Shown here: in pieces, positions 1 through 12,258 of the stretch
Layout: each line of letters opens with the position of its first letter
Position numbering within the stretch: position 1 is the stretch's first letter
Assembly: GCA_030141605.1 (NCBI GenBank)
Contig: JAQGDQ010000408.1
Coordinates: 143,596-207,595, forward strand
Origin: Tubiluchus corallicola
Lineage: Eukaryota > Animalia > Priapulida
Length of the DNA: 64,000 nucleotides
Reading direction: 5' to 3'
Notes under the pieces: model-generated
Told to the model about the DNA's origin: nothing
The model's database searches: none
Seen by the model: the letters and a program-made list of their open reading frames with translations, nothing else
Made by a program: the position numbers and the translations under genes

Positions 1-1699
1 TTATGATTTTATTGCAATTTAATTAACGAAAACCTGTGTTTGATCCACCATTTTTATTTCCTTCAAGCATTACATGCAACACAGTTCAAATTATTTATAG
101 ATTTAGTAGTCTAATTATTTGAACATCGGGAACATCGGAAATAATAATAAAGATGATTTTAGTCATGAAGTGAATCCAAGTAACACATTACAACATCAGG
201 GACTTGCCAGTGTACATGTATGGTAAAGCAGACTCGTTTCATACATGTTTTAGGGGATACCAAGTTGCAAACGATTATGTGTTGGGGATATGATCAGAGA
301 GTAAAAAGATTTTTGTTAAAAGGTATAATAAATTTTGGCCAGATCTTGTAGCTAACCAAGCACTGAGAAGGATGCGCTAACAGCATTTTATGTGCTAGTG
401 CAACTTTTGAAGTAAGATGGATATTATTATACAAAGTTTTGTTGTTGGTGCGTTATAGTGTTAATGAGGCAGAAAGCAAAATTTAATGTTTATTTATCCT
501 TTTCAGAGGATGTATAATAACAATATAAATATAATTGCTAATTATTATAGTAACTCTAATACTAACTACGAACATACAATTAAAATAGTGATAGATTTAT
601 TCCGTGATGAGTTTATTGATGACACAACCGAGATTGATCTTATTTGAATATTGATGAAATCATTTCGCCATTCACTTTATATTTTACATAATAGTAATAG
701 TGGAACTGATATTTGATGCTTACATATTACTGTTTTCTGTTTTTGTGCACCAAAGAATAAACATGACCTAAGCTTATCAGGGAACAATGAACACAATGCA
801 CGTGTACAAATTTGTGTGTCGTGTAAAGGAGGCGTAACAATAAATAGCTTGAGATTTGGCGAACTGCTAGATTTCCCGTATTGGCAATTTGGTAACTTGC
901 TAATTAGTACTAGTGCGTACGATAAAAATACGTTTATTTCTAAATTTTCTGGGTATTTATTAAGGAAAAGTTTATAACCTTATAAAATATTCGTTCCTTG
1001 TTCTGTTTTTGATCGCTGTTTTCCCCATAAATAGGCTTAAACTTTATTTTTCTATGTAATTATTAAATATTATTATAGTCAGTAGTACTACTACTAGTAG
1101 TAGTAGTTCCAGGATTAATAACTTGAGTACAGTAAGAGCGTAGTAAAAACGTTTATTTTGTTGTCGAATGTTATACAAAGCCTAAGGGAAACGTTAGCTC
1201 TAGGAACACCAGTGGAAATTCAGAATTTTTCAACTTTCTAATCTAGTGTTGTTTTCATAGGATACTTGATAGGATTGCAGTTTATGTAATAACTGATATT
1301 GTATCATTTATCAGAGAATGATAACTGCTATTAATAAGTTTAACGGCACCCAAAGGGATATAACTTATCACATTTCCAAATACAAAAACTGTGTTAATAG
1401 TGCTCAACACTGTACCTAGGATAACATAATTGACTCATTTAAAAAATGATTTATAAAGTGTGCAATGTGAGTAATTGAGAAGTCTCTTGACTCATCCTGT
1501 TCAGTCCCTGATAGTGTAATACTGTAACTGAATGTTTGTTGCTAAGGTAACATTGTGGTTAGATGAAATGGAACTGTTGTTGTTCTCATTTACGAATAAA
1601 AATGAATTCAATTCCTTCGTTGCCACTGAATCTTAACAATCAGGTACCCGATGGTTATAAGGAAAAGGGTACATGGGTCTGAATTTTGCTACCCTTCTA

Positions 1700-2260
1700 A
1701 ACACTATTCTTGATATGTAATGTATTCAGGAATAGTAAGGGTCATTTTATGTACTGGGGGTTTTAATGTTAAATGCTTTCCCAACTACAAGAACCTATGC
1801 AATATGATCATTGTGAACTAATGTTAGAAAACCACATAGTCTGCTAGTCATCAGACTGTTGCAACCAGCTTATTTCAAAGGATTTTGTCACAGTGAAATG
1901 GATTCCTTTAAGAAAGTGTTGACACCCAGTAATATATTTTATAATTTTTGTCATTTTGAATGCCCTAGAAGTGCCACTCAATAGACACCATAAGAAATAG
2001 GGTTTCCCAGAAGTGTGAAAAATGTTTGTTTTGCTTTTGATATTCAGCAAATTTATTAATCTAGAGCATGTACGTGTATATCTAAAAATGTTTGGACGCA
2101 AAAATTTTAATATTAGGACGTGAGACCAAGTTTTGTTCCAGGCATGCCACTATTTGCAAACATAAGTTCGTTATCAGCATTCATTATATGGGTTCACCAT
2201 TGAATAAGTAGAAAATGACATTGTTAGTAAATGTTTTAATGAACAATGGAGTTAAGTGAC
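1700..2260 (-). mobile_element. Highly decayed LINE fragment (RTE-like RT C-terminal region)
   Basis: Remnant peptides KLGLT..NIK and HFLKGI..ISWLQ on the minus strand, broken by stops and frameshifts. Confidence 0.3.
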
Positions 2261-2692
2261 CATTCACATTCTGCTTGCATGTGAACATACTTGGCATAAT
2301 TCCAGACTACCATTATTTTCGATTTCAAAGATGATACTTGATTATTAATATTTAATAGACTAGTTCGTCAGATACATGGCGTTTGTTCCTTACGGCTTAA
2401 GCTGTAAAGTGCTACTCATGACAGCATTTAAAAACTACTTTTTTTATTACAGACACCAGTTACTGTAGACTTTCATTATGGCTTCATACATATATTGCTT
2501 TTTAGCCACTTACTTGGTTTTTTAATTCGCTGTACTAGTGATTTCTTCGACACTAGTTTGATCTAATCATTATTAATTATATACAATGTGTTATAAGTTT
2601 TACAGGAGGACAAACTGTGGTGAAAATTCAAGTCTGGTAAAATCAGTAACGTGTTCTCGTGAACAGTAAGTTTTACAGGCAGTGGTACCAAG

Positions 2693-2716
2693 ATGTCTGA
2701 AAGAAAAGTACTCAAC
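2693..2716 (+). CDS. YJU2: YJU2 coding exon 1 (MSERKVLN)
   Basis: ATG at 2693; donor gtgagt at 2717. Confidence 0.93.
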
Positions 2717-5700
2717 GTGAGTAACTACAGTTTTGATTTAGTTTCCTCACTACAAATCACCCAATGAACTTCATTCTGCCATTTAAAGTCCTAAATACTT
2801 AAAGCATTTGTGAAATATTGTTTGGTGTCATTTCTTGATAATGTTATCTGACCCCTTATATGTGTCCTTATCATGCAAATTGCGAATGTAAAAATTATAC
2901 ATTGACAATTAGTCAATGCTTGCTTTTTGAGAGACCCTATCACACCCTTCCAGAAATGCCTTTTACTGTGCTCCCCACTTCCAAAATCATTCTCACAAAA
3001 TGCTTAGTTCCTAGTAATTTTCTGAGCTGCCGATCTGACAAACAAAATTCACTGTTTGGAAAGCAAATGTGTAAAAGCCCTAACTAGTAAATCTCTTTGT
3101 AAACAAATACAGTGGGTGCCTCTTAATAGACTCACTTTGGGACCGAAATGTTTTGACCCAATTGACCGACTGAACCTGTTAACTGATGGGTGTAGTATTA
3201 CTGGTATAGAAGTTTGAGTCAGCAGTTTCGTATGCACTGCTAAGAGTTTTAATGAATTTTAGAAACAAAGTAATTCCAAAATTCCTTTGTGCATTTCAAA
3301 ATTTTTGGAGAAAAAGTTCTTTGGGAAATTTGCTGCTGTACACCTCTGTCCCATCTTTTGAAGTTTATTGTACTGCTCTAAAATTTTCATTTTCTCCTTA
3401 ACTGTTAGGTCTTTACACTTATGCTCTATTTTTCAAACTTCTTAATTCTATGCTCTTAACTGCCGTGTGATGTTTACTCTTGTAAGACACAAGAAATACC
3501 GGCTGATTACTGTACCTGCATCTTTGACTGTTAACTGATTAAGCCTGAAAGCATAGAATGAGAGCTTCAAAAGGAGCGCGCTATACAAGCGATTAAATGT
3601 TTAGCTTCCAGAAATTCTTGGGTAACTTTCAAAGCAAAACTGCTAAGCTAGCATTAATTAGCGCATGATAAATGTACCTGCTTACAAACAAAATGGTACT
3701 TAACCTGAGCTTGTTTCTACATATATTATAGTGCACAAAAGTGAAGTAAAGATAGTGAAATAAAAGTAGGAAAGGCTCTTTGAGCACATACACATGTCTT
3801 ATTTTAAGTATGTGAAGGAAAATTATTACGCGGAGTTATGTGAGTCACTTACAGAGAGTTTTTGAGTACATTTGAATACAGGCGTCCCATATTAGGCCTT
3901 TTTGAGTCCAACTAAGCTGTTGAGTCTATTTAGCATAAGTCTATTAAGTGGCGCCTACTGTAAAATAAATTGGAAAATAAAATGTAGTATTTGTATTAAT
4001 TTATAAACTTTCTTTGTGGCATTTTTCCTGGTCTTTTAGAGGAATGCAAAAGAAAAGCTCTTCCTTTTTAGCTCAGAAAATTAACATGGTAAATTTCCTG
4101 ACTTTTCAAACGATAAATGTTTTCATTTAGTATTTTAGGAACAGAGAGACGATTAATTTTTGACCAGTTTGAATAACTTGTATCTTGCACTTTCAGAAAT
4201 ACTATCCTCCGGATTTCGATCCGACGAGACTACCGAAGTTGAAGCTAGCGAAAGATCGGCAATATGTTATTCGCACGATGGCACCATTCAACATGCGGTG
4301 AGTATCCCCCGTAGTACGTAGTATCTCGTACTCTGTGTCTCTATATAAATTTAATAGCTGCAATTTTGATTAGCCAAAGTTTCTAATGTCTGGTTTTCTG
4401 ACATACCGAGCATAGTGTGTATATTTCTTTTTACATGTAAATCAGTTGGCTCTAAAACACGAAAATTTATTCAATTGGAGGTAGAATGTTTCTTATTATG
4501 TGGAGGACACCGAGTATCTTATTTGAACGAATGCTTCGCCTTTATTGAAGCGTGGTGCAAAGTTATGATTGGTGTACACTTTGAAGTGTTCTGTACATGT
4601 GAACAGAGCGAATCATGTGAATGAGCAGAAGCAGAAACAACAACAGAGCATTGATGAAAGTAAAAATACATACTAAGTTCGTCTGTTTTGTTTTGCCTGC
4701 TAATTACGTTGATTTGAAAACAACTTGAAATACACTCATATCTCGGTTTGCTGGACCTCGTTTTTATGGATATCGGAAGAATCGGACAAAATCTGGACCG
4801 CTAAAAGTCCTGCATACTATGGACACAGTCCATTGTTTCGCGAACTGACTGCTAGTTGGCGGGCCGTCACTTTGTTTACGTCATTACATTAGTGTTATAA
4901 CCACATGTATATCTCTCTATATAAAAATATAGAATCAATTATGCGGAGTTATTTGAGTCATTTGCCAACAGTTTTTCTATACTCTTGCATAGGAGCATCC
5001 CGTGCTAGACATTTTTGAGACAATTAGGCGATTAATCCTACATTACCGTGAATCTAATACACAGCGCCTACTGTATTAGCTTAGTATGGGTAAAAACGGA
5101 CAATCAACAAATTTGGACCGACGTCTCCCCGCTTTTGTCCAGCAAACCGAGATGAGTGTAATTTAAAAAAGCAACAGATATTTGAAACAAGACTTACATA
5201 TAAATCGAAACACGTAGAGCAAAATGTCCTTCCAAAATGAGTGTAAATTCATGAACAGGTTTTTGTAAGGTCATTTTCTGATTAACTGCAACACTGTGAG
5301 TCATTGATAGCTAACGATCGTTTTCATTTAGTTGCAAGACGTGCGGAGAGTACATCTACAAGGGGAAGAAGTTTAATGCCAGAAAGGAAACTGTACAGAA
5401 TGAAGACTACCTCGGTCTCCGAATATTCAGATTCTACATAAAATGTCCACGCTGCTTAGCTGAGATAACTTTCAAGGTATTTGTTATACTAATTAATCTT
5501 CTTTATTGAAACATTTAACATGTATTTAAATGTGAATTTTTTGTGTAAAAATAAAAATTGAGCACTGATATGTACGTGATACAAAACACGCTACAATCAA
5601 TCAGTCTGAAGAGTGGTAATTGGTAACAGCGATTCTTTTAATCATGCAAAACTTTATAGGGGAAGAAAAGTTCAATTTAAAAATTTTAGACACAAAGTTA

Positions 5701-8700
5701 TATTACTTGGCATTATGGCTACCTGTCTGAAGGACTTGTGTTGACTAAAAAACAAAATTGTTAGTGACTGAAACAATATTTAAACGAAAATTTAAAATAT
5801 TCGTGACAACTGGTAAAATGTCACTGACTGATCTTCCCAGTGTGCATGACTGACTCACCAAAAAACATCTTACTAATGTTATTTTGAGAGATCTTTAAAT
5901 TTTCAAGTTTTATACAGTGTTACTACTAACACAATCTCTGTGTGCATTAAGGCAGTATGTAGGTGACACAAAGTTTGAAGACAATTTTTTTAGCTTCATG
6001 CAAATAATGTTTGCTAGTCCTTTAAAGCAGCCTTTTCTAATTTGGAGGAAATTTAGTCATGTTTGTACTTTCTAGACGGATCCAGCAACGACAGATTACG
6101 TCTGTGAGCACGGAGCAACACGTAACTTCGAAGCCGAAAGGACAGCCAGGTTAGCGGAAGAGAAGGCTTTAAAAGAGAAGGAGGAGGAGGAAGCGGATAA
6201 CCCGATGCTGGTATGCTCTCTTGTTCTGCATTCTCGTCGTATTTTGTTGAGTGTCGAAATGCAAGAAGTCTTTAATCAAATCATGCTGACAAGTGCAACA
6301 CAAATTTCTATAACGTTGAATAGTTAAACAAAATTATTGCAAAAACGGATCTTAGCTAGCTACTTTTTCAGCAATATGCTTCACATATCGCAGAATATTT
6401 TCATATGTTAAGCTAATTTCGTTTATTAAAAGCTGAGCATGTATAGTATCTGACATATGTTTACATTCACAGTGCATTATAGACTGGTCCATAGTGTACT
6501 TCTGTTTTACATTCACAGTGCATTATAGACTGGTCCATAGTGTATTTCTGTTCATAAATGTATATATATATATATATATATATGAAATATATATATACTT
6601 ATATATATATGTTATATATATATATATACTTTATACTGTATATATATACAGAATTTATATATATATTTGGGATGCGATGTCCTAAACAGCATGTCATATT
6701 CATTCTCATCCACACCATTTCACTAACGTAATCTTACTAATTCCCATCTTTTGCATTCTCCATTGTCATTCTGTCACTTTTTTTTTACCTTTCCTTTTTG
6801 ACACCCTAACGCCTACATCATTAATTGCGTTATGGTCTCACGAGTAATGCTTCTGACTATAACGAAAGTGAATTTATATAGATATCATGTCCTGTCTATT
6901 TTATTAACACATTAATGTGATTAGATAATCCTTTGTATATTATGTCATCATTTCGTGTTTTGTAATATGTGTGCTTGCAAACCAAAACCGTCCATTAGTC
7001 AGCATGACTCCATCCGCAGCTCGTGGAAGCGGTCATTTTGCTTCCGCTTTTTCTGTTAACAAGCTCAGATCTTTGTCAGGAAGAGCCATCTACTGGATTT
7101 AAACATAACTTCAGTGTGCTCGTGCCAAATCTGTAGCAACCAACATCTGTGTGATTGCTAAGTGTTTTGTAGAAACGCGACAAAAAACAATGGCTAACTG
7201 TGTTTGTCAATACGTAGCCTGCACCTCAACTTCAACGTGGATTATCTCAGCTCAGAAATAACATAGAGTGATGAACTTGGTATCAAAATGATCCTCATGA
7301 AATGCAGATTCAGGTTATATGAATAACTAGAAAAGCTTAATTGCCGACTTTTGGATGAATTTGCTATACAAGCACATATGTTGTGTTATTGTTTGGTGTT
7401 ATTGTAATAAAGTAAAAAAATATAGCCATTATTATGCAAAGTTTAAACATTGTCACTAGTGTTTAGTTAACACAGTATGTTTAGTAGAGACAGTACTTTG
7501 TTTTAGTTATTGGAGAAGCGGACGAGGGATTCGAGGCTGGAAATGGAACGTCTAGAGCAGCTGGAGGAGTTACGTGACATGAACATGCGGCACGCCAACG
7601 TAGCACACGACGACATGATCGCGTTTCACTTGGAGTATGAGAAACAGCTAGAGAGGTTACAAGATGAGGAAGACGAAAAATTCGTGCAGTAAGTAGCGAC
7701 ACTTTCAAAAAACTTTGCAAATTCTGGTTGGTGCTTAATTTAATGGCAGAAAAGGTGATTTTGAATTTAAATTCATTTCCAAGCTGTTGTGCTTTGCATA
7801 ATCTGATTTAAATAAACTCGTTGAAACTGCCTCTTTAAATTTAAGTTTTACGAAATTAATTATTAGAAAAAATGTGCTCCATCATCATGTTGCACTCTAC
7901 AAAATTAGCAATAGAGCCTTTTTAACAAGAAGAGAATTTTGTACATTTGCCCAACCATTAAAAATGTACAATACGAAAAAAGTAATCTTGAAATAATTTG
8001 AAAGAAGTTTAGATGTATCATTCTCCAACACAAGCGGTACATTTTCATCATTAAATTTAAATTACTGCTTAAATGGCACGATACTACAGACACCAAATGG
8101 ACTTGCATGATAGAATTTTGGTTTGTAGCAAAAAATAATGTCGAGTTACCATAAAAACAAGGTTTTTCATAGGGCATCTTAAGTGCATATTTATTATTGT
8201 TACAATTATTATTATTATTTTGTTTGGCGTAGTGCGCGTTGGTGCCCAGCATTATTACAGTAAGGTTGTGGCAGTACTGGATTGTAGCGCATTGTCAAAG
8301 ATATCATCCAAGAAGAAATACTAAAGCAGCAGATGTGTTTTAGCCGTGCATAGACACTTTCTTATCCCCAAAGAAATCGGTAGTTTTGAGGCCCCAAAAG
8401 TAATATTCGTGGCTGTCAATTATCCGTTTATTAATGAAGTCCAGTGTTGCTGAACTTTAGCTTACGTGCAAGTCGGTTACTCCCATTGTCTTAAATATAT
8501 TTCACAGGCTGAATTCTGTTTTAAATGATGTAATTTTATGCTTTGTGTTTATGCAGGTCTGTATTTGGGAAGAAGGATACTGAAGCCAACGGCGTGGTAA
8601 TAAAACGGCTAAAGGATGACAGCTCTGACGAAGAAGAAGTTTTACCTTCAAGCAAGAAACTTGCCGTTGCAAAACCTCCGCCAAGCAAACCTACGGACAT

Positions 8701-10142
8701 TCTAGCACAGGTAGGTGTCTCAGCCACTCCGAAATTGTAGCGTTGATTTCGATATTATATACGGAATGTATAATGCTATTGCGTAAACATAGTCGAGTGC
8801 GGGACTTCAAAACGTCTTGTGAATTCAACTTGCTGTATATCAAAAACCTTTATTTTGAGTTTTGTTTTTGTGAAAACTTTGCGGGAATTTCTTTTTAGTT
8901 TTCAGAGACATTTTAAGTTAAGCAACCTTGTAGTCACTCCATATTATAGCACTTTTATGACACCAAAATACAAAACTAGGATTTTGTTACCTATTTCTAT
9001 GTCAAAATATTAATGCATACCAGTGTGTGAATTAGGACAACATAATACTAATTTTGTAAAAGCATTATAAAGTCCTCGCTTTTATAACTCACCAGTTAGC
9101 GACATTTCGTTTTAACGATGCTGACCTTTCCACACCTTTTTCAGCTTAACGATGCACGTTTCACTTTAACGACGACTTTTTTACTTTGCTCAAGAAAATT
9201 TTTTATTTCATCAACAAGATTTTTACCTGATTTGATGCATTGAAACGGCACATGTTGCATTATTCTGTTCAAAAAATGTGCTAATAACGTAAACAGTGTA
9301 ATCATTATGTATTTTTTTTTTCTTCCCGGCATGCTGACTAAATACTTGCCGTTTATATCAAGTGAACTTTGTAAGTTCAACCTGCTGCTACAGCAAGACT
9401 AAGTAGCTAGATAAAATTCCCAAGGTTGTCCAGGGTTTGGCTTTGACTCTGCAGTGTTTATTGTTTAACTGCTACCTAGGCTTAAACACTAACGAAAGAG
9501 AATCTGCAATAGCCAGGTAATGGTAACTGAGATATACATGTATAGGTGGTTCTTTTACATTACTTCTATGGAGGTCTTGGCTTCGTTTAACATTGCAATT
9601 TGGCTTAATGCATTAACGTTGTTAAATGAGGGCTTACTGTATTTTGTAGTCAACTTTTATAATCTATCTGGTACATGTGTATTCTAACTTAGCATTCCAT
9701 CATCAATTCTACCTTTTCTACCTTGCTGTAAAAGTGAAGTGGACAATCATTTTTGTACCTGTTCATTCCTGAAGAAAGTGTATTCATGTAAAAGTCATTA
9801 GCCGTTGCAGAAATTTGAATTTTTATATAAAAAGATTGAATATTTCAGGGTGAAACAAAGGAGGCGACATCTTCAAAGTCATGGCAGAAAAGCATCGGTT
9901 CGTTAGGTAATTCGTCTAACCTCGTTAAAGCCAAAAAATCATCGTTAGCGCAACTTGTGAAACCTAAATCGACTTCTGTGCATTCGGACAAAAACTCAGT
10001 GGACCACATCACACAGTCTACTGTTTTGCAATCTCCTAATACTGGTGCAGCTGTGAGCAAGGGCTTAACAGAGACAAAGCCAAGTGGACTTGGGCTGTTG
10101 GGCAGTTATTCTGATAGTGACAGCAGTAACTCCGATGATTAG
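2693..10142 (+). CDS. YJU2: Splicing factor YJU2 / CCDC94, complete 7-exon CDS (344 aa)
   Basis: Exons 2693-2716, 4197-4297, 5332-5476, 6076-6210, 7507-7688, 8557-8710, 9849-10142. All GT-AG, phases consistent, total 1035 nt. Translation [17 protein letters not shown]...[26 protein letters not shown]...[20 protein letters not shown]...GATRNF is the YJU2/CWC16 zinc-knuckle signature; ends [17 protein letters not shown]. Confidence 0.96.
3108..3962. mobile_element. Tc1/pogo-type MITE in YJU2 intron 1
   Basis: TA-flanked TIRs CAGTGGGTGCCTCTTAATAGACT / AGTCTATTAAGTGGCGCCTACTG (20/23 match). Confidence 0.75.
4197..4297 (+). CDS. YJU2: YJU2 exon 2 (KYYPPDFDP...APFNMR)
   Basis: Acceptor tttcag, donor gtgagt; conserved peptide. 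Confidence 0.95.
4731..5160. mobile_element. Tc1/pogo-type MITE containing a segment (about 4938-5075) homologous to the right end of 3108-3962
   Basis: TA-flanked TIRs CACTCAT(AT)CTCGGTTTGCTGGAC / GTCCAGCAAACCGAGATGAGTG. Confidence 0.75.
5332..5476 (+). CDS. YJU2: YJU2 exon 3 ([15 protein letters not shown]...[11 protein letters not shown])
   Basis: Acceptor tttag, donor gtattt; two CxxC motifs. Confidence 0.95.
5640..5990 (+). mobile_element. Dispersed repeat fragment, same family as 43900-44450, 44750-45250 and 54250-54560
   Basis: Shared blocks (aaagttatat..acttggcatt, caactggtaaa..tgtcactgact, cagtgtgca) visible at all four loci. Confidence 0.6.
6076..6210 (+). CDS. YJU2: YJU2 exon 4 (TDPATTDY...DNPML)
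   Basis: Acceptor ttctag, donor gtatgc; GATRNF motif. Confidence 0.95.
6460..6667. repeat. 46-bp tandem duplication followed by an imperfect (TA)n tract
   Basis: TTACATTCACAGTGCATTATAGACTGGTCCATAGTGTA at 6461 and 6507; TA-rich run 6560-6667. Confidence 0.85.
6967..7379. mobile_element. Non-autonomous DNA element; second copy in opposite orientation at 16768-17387
   Basis: Short TIR TGTGTGCTTGCA / TACAAGCACATA; internal sequence is the reverse complement of about 16770-17130. Confidence 0.7.
7507..7688 (+). CDS. YJU2: YJU2 exon 5 ([14 protein letters not shown]...)
   Basis: Acceptor ttttag, donor gtaagt; coiled-coil; matches ORF 7510..7692. Confidence 0.93.
8557..8710 (+). CDS. YJU2: YJU2 exon 6
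   Basis: Acceptor atgcag, donor gtaggt; phase 2 in, phase 0 out, fitting its neighbours. Confidence 0.88.
9849..10142 (+). CDS. YJU2: YJU2 exon 7 (terminal)
   Basis: Acceptor tttcag; open to TAG at 10140-10142; [12 protein letters not shown]-terminus typical of the family. Confidence 0.9.
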   Translation, partial: GETKEATSSKSWQKSIGSLGNSSNLVKAKKSSLAQLVKPKSTSVHSDKNSVDHITQSTVLQSPNTGAAVSKGLTETKPSGLGLLGSYSDSDSSNSDD

Positions 10143-10543
10143 TTTTCATTTTTTGCTCAAGTTTAGCGTGAACTGTAACTGGACATGGATGTGACATAAG
10201 TCTATAGACTATACACTTATCATGCTTGAGCTACTGACCTTCCATAGTAAAAATGCGACTGTGCCATTACAACGCGTACCCCAATGCCCCGGCCCCCAGC
10301 CGAATGCAACGACCATGAAGTCATTTCATTTCAACTGCTAATTGAGGCATGAGTTTTGGAAACTTGATCTGTTGTCTGATTAAATTTTGTTGAATGACAT
10401 CCTTTTGTTTCATTTGTTTGTCAGTCACCAAAGTTAAACTCCCCATATAAATTAACCACACAAATGGAATGCCACCAATTGTGAGACTGATGTGTAAATG
10501 TAGTATTAGTAAAAGCTAATAAGGAATAGTAAAAGCTTTTTTT

Positions 10544-10663
10544 AACAACGGCCAAATCACGTGGAAAACACCGGTTCTCGTCTGATCACCGAAGTTAAGC
10601 TACGGAGAGCCTGGTTAGTACTTAGATGGGTGACCGCCTAGGAATACCAGGTGCTGTAGGCTT
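10544..10663 (+). pseudogene. 5S rRNA-like sequence (SINE head rather than a functional 5S gene)
   Basis: ACGGCCA..CACG..GAAAACACCGGTTCTCGTCTGATCACCGAAGTTAAGC..GGTTAGTACTTAGATGGGTGACCGCC..GGAATACCAGGTGCTGTAGGCTT. Full length with A and C boxes, but the 5' end is mutated, it is solitary and has no oligo-T terminator. Confidence 0.85.
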
Positions 10664-11062
10664 GTGGGATCCCCACACTGTATCTCGACACTAGGCGAAG
10701 GAGCTGCACAAGCAGCCAACGGCTAAAGGGCGGAGGAGGTCAAGTGACCCAACGGCCATGTGTAGAGAGGAGTGAAGGTGGACCAATGCAGCATGCTCAC
10801 TGACTCTGGCAGCTCCAGCAGCCAACCTGGTGCCAAACGTATCGCTCTGATTGCCTTTGGACTACACCAGCGAGGAAGAGAGGGGGTTCCTGTTGTCTGG
10901 GTAACTCAGGATCTCTATACACCTCGCCCAGGCGTGCGCCTTGGAGACATTCAAGGATCGCACTGCTCAGCCACAGTCGACGCTGTAGCTCCACCAATGT
11001 GATCAATAACTGGCTCTCTTGGCGCACACTCCATTGTCTTCTGAGACAGAAGGATGCCAATC
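10544..11062 (+). mobile_element. 5S rRNA-derived SINE (SINE3) with RTE-like body and tail
   Basis: A 120-nt 5S-like head (10544-10663) runs without a T-run terminator into about 400 nt of GC-rich body ending TCCATTGTCTTCTGAGACAGAAGGATGCCAA, which resembles recalled RTE LINE 3' ends. Confidence 0.75.
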
Positions 11063-11219
11063 AAGAATGTAGTTTTAAATACTTGAAATCGATTCCTTGT
11101 GGACATGTGGCTTTGCAGAAAGTATAAACCGAGTTATTTTACCAATAATGGTAATAATGACGTTGTTATTATTATTATCGTTGTCGTCGTTCTTTGGCGC
11201 AGTATTGGTTTTCGCGTCT

Positions 11220-11612
11220 AGTGTTCCTTTGCTACTTTGCGGTTTGTTTATTGCGGACTCGCTGTTTTGCAGGTTTTCAAAAATATTAATGTAAAATATT
11301 TATCGTGGTATTTTTGCTGTTTCGCGGTTTTTACGGTACTCCGTCTAAAGTATTTTCGCACATGCATAGTACGTATTGTACAGTAATGTATAGATTTGAA
11401 GAATTTTGCATAAAAAAAATCACGATTGGTTGATTGATGGAAACGATGTATTGATGGATTGATAGTTTATGTATAAAGTGTGGGGAGGGTTTACAAAGAC
11501 TTAAAATAATGTATAACTACTAAAATAAGTATAGCGTCCCTACTTCACGGAAATTCACTTATCGCGGGTGGGCCTGGAACGGAACACCCGCGATATGTGA
11601 GGGAACACTGTA
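11220..11612. mobile_element. Tigger/pogo-like MITE remnant
   Basis: Repeated TTCGCGG motifs; ends ...GAGGGAACACTG-TA, a pogo-type terminus. Confidence 0.45.
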
Positions 11613-11888
11613 TATAGCCTTTCTGTTTTTAAATCTTCTCTTTTCTCCTTTTCCATTTCTTCTAGAGGTGGCCTTCAATTTATGCTGCTGTATTGCCATT
11701 TTAGGTCTCCTCAGCCACACGACTTTATTATTTGTAATTTACAGTCTTAAATTATTACAGAAAACACAATCTGCATGTGCTCCTGTTGTTGGTTAAATAA
11801 ATAAATCTTGAATAAACCATTATTTGTGATTTAAAACAACCTAAGTAATTCTTAAATGACAATAAGAACGCAAATGAAATAACAAAGT

Positions 11889-11894
11889 TTTATT
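11889..11894 (-). promoter_or_regulatory. Candidate polyadenylation signal of ATP5PB
   Basis: AATAAA on the minus strand about 290 nt past the stop codon. Confidence 0.5.
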
Positions 11895-12183
11895 TATGAT
11901 CAAAACAATTACTGAATGCATACAAATGTGTTTTTAACAATACCAGCGCATAGTTTACGCAAACGTAATATTCATGATAATTATAGAATGCCTGCATTAT
12001 CGTCTTCAAGTTATGATCCCACGATTATAAGAGCAGATAAGATAAAACTGTTTGATGAGATAAACGCTAATTTTGTTAGAAAATGTGACCCCGGCACTGG
12101 CACGTTTCTCAGCAGCATCAGTGTTAAACTTGCCTATGGAAGATGCTGCAAAGCGTGAAAAAAATTAACGCTGATCGCATGAG

Positions 12184-12258
12184 TTACGCAGTAGACAGTT
12201 TCGCAGTCGCCGATAATTTTTTCAACTGTTCTATGCTGTTCTTAATGGCATCTTTCTC
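12184..12258 (-). CDS. ATP5PB: ATP5PB exon 6 (terminal)
   Basis: Acceptor ttccag; [24 protein letters not shown] then TAA. Confidence 0.92.
   Translation of the reverse strand, partial: EKDAIKNSIEQLKKLSATAKLSTA

Noticed and set aside
1-700. LINE endonuclease remnant (minus-strand LSDHIP near 283-300)
   Set aside because: Only one short motif is visible in very decayed AT-rich sequence; not enough to annotate.
10544-10663. Functional 5S rRNA gene
   Set aside because: Solitary copy, mutated 5' end that breaks helix I, no oligo-T terminator, and fused to a retroelement-like body.
10664-10760. HDV-like ribozyme at the start of the SINE body
   Set aside because: GGCGAA and GGCTAA motifs are present, but I could not build the P1/P2/P3 nested pseudoknot by eye; needs a covariance-model search.
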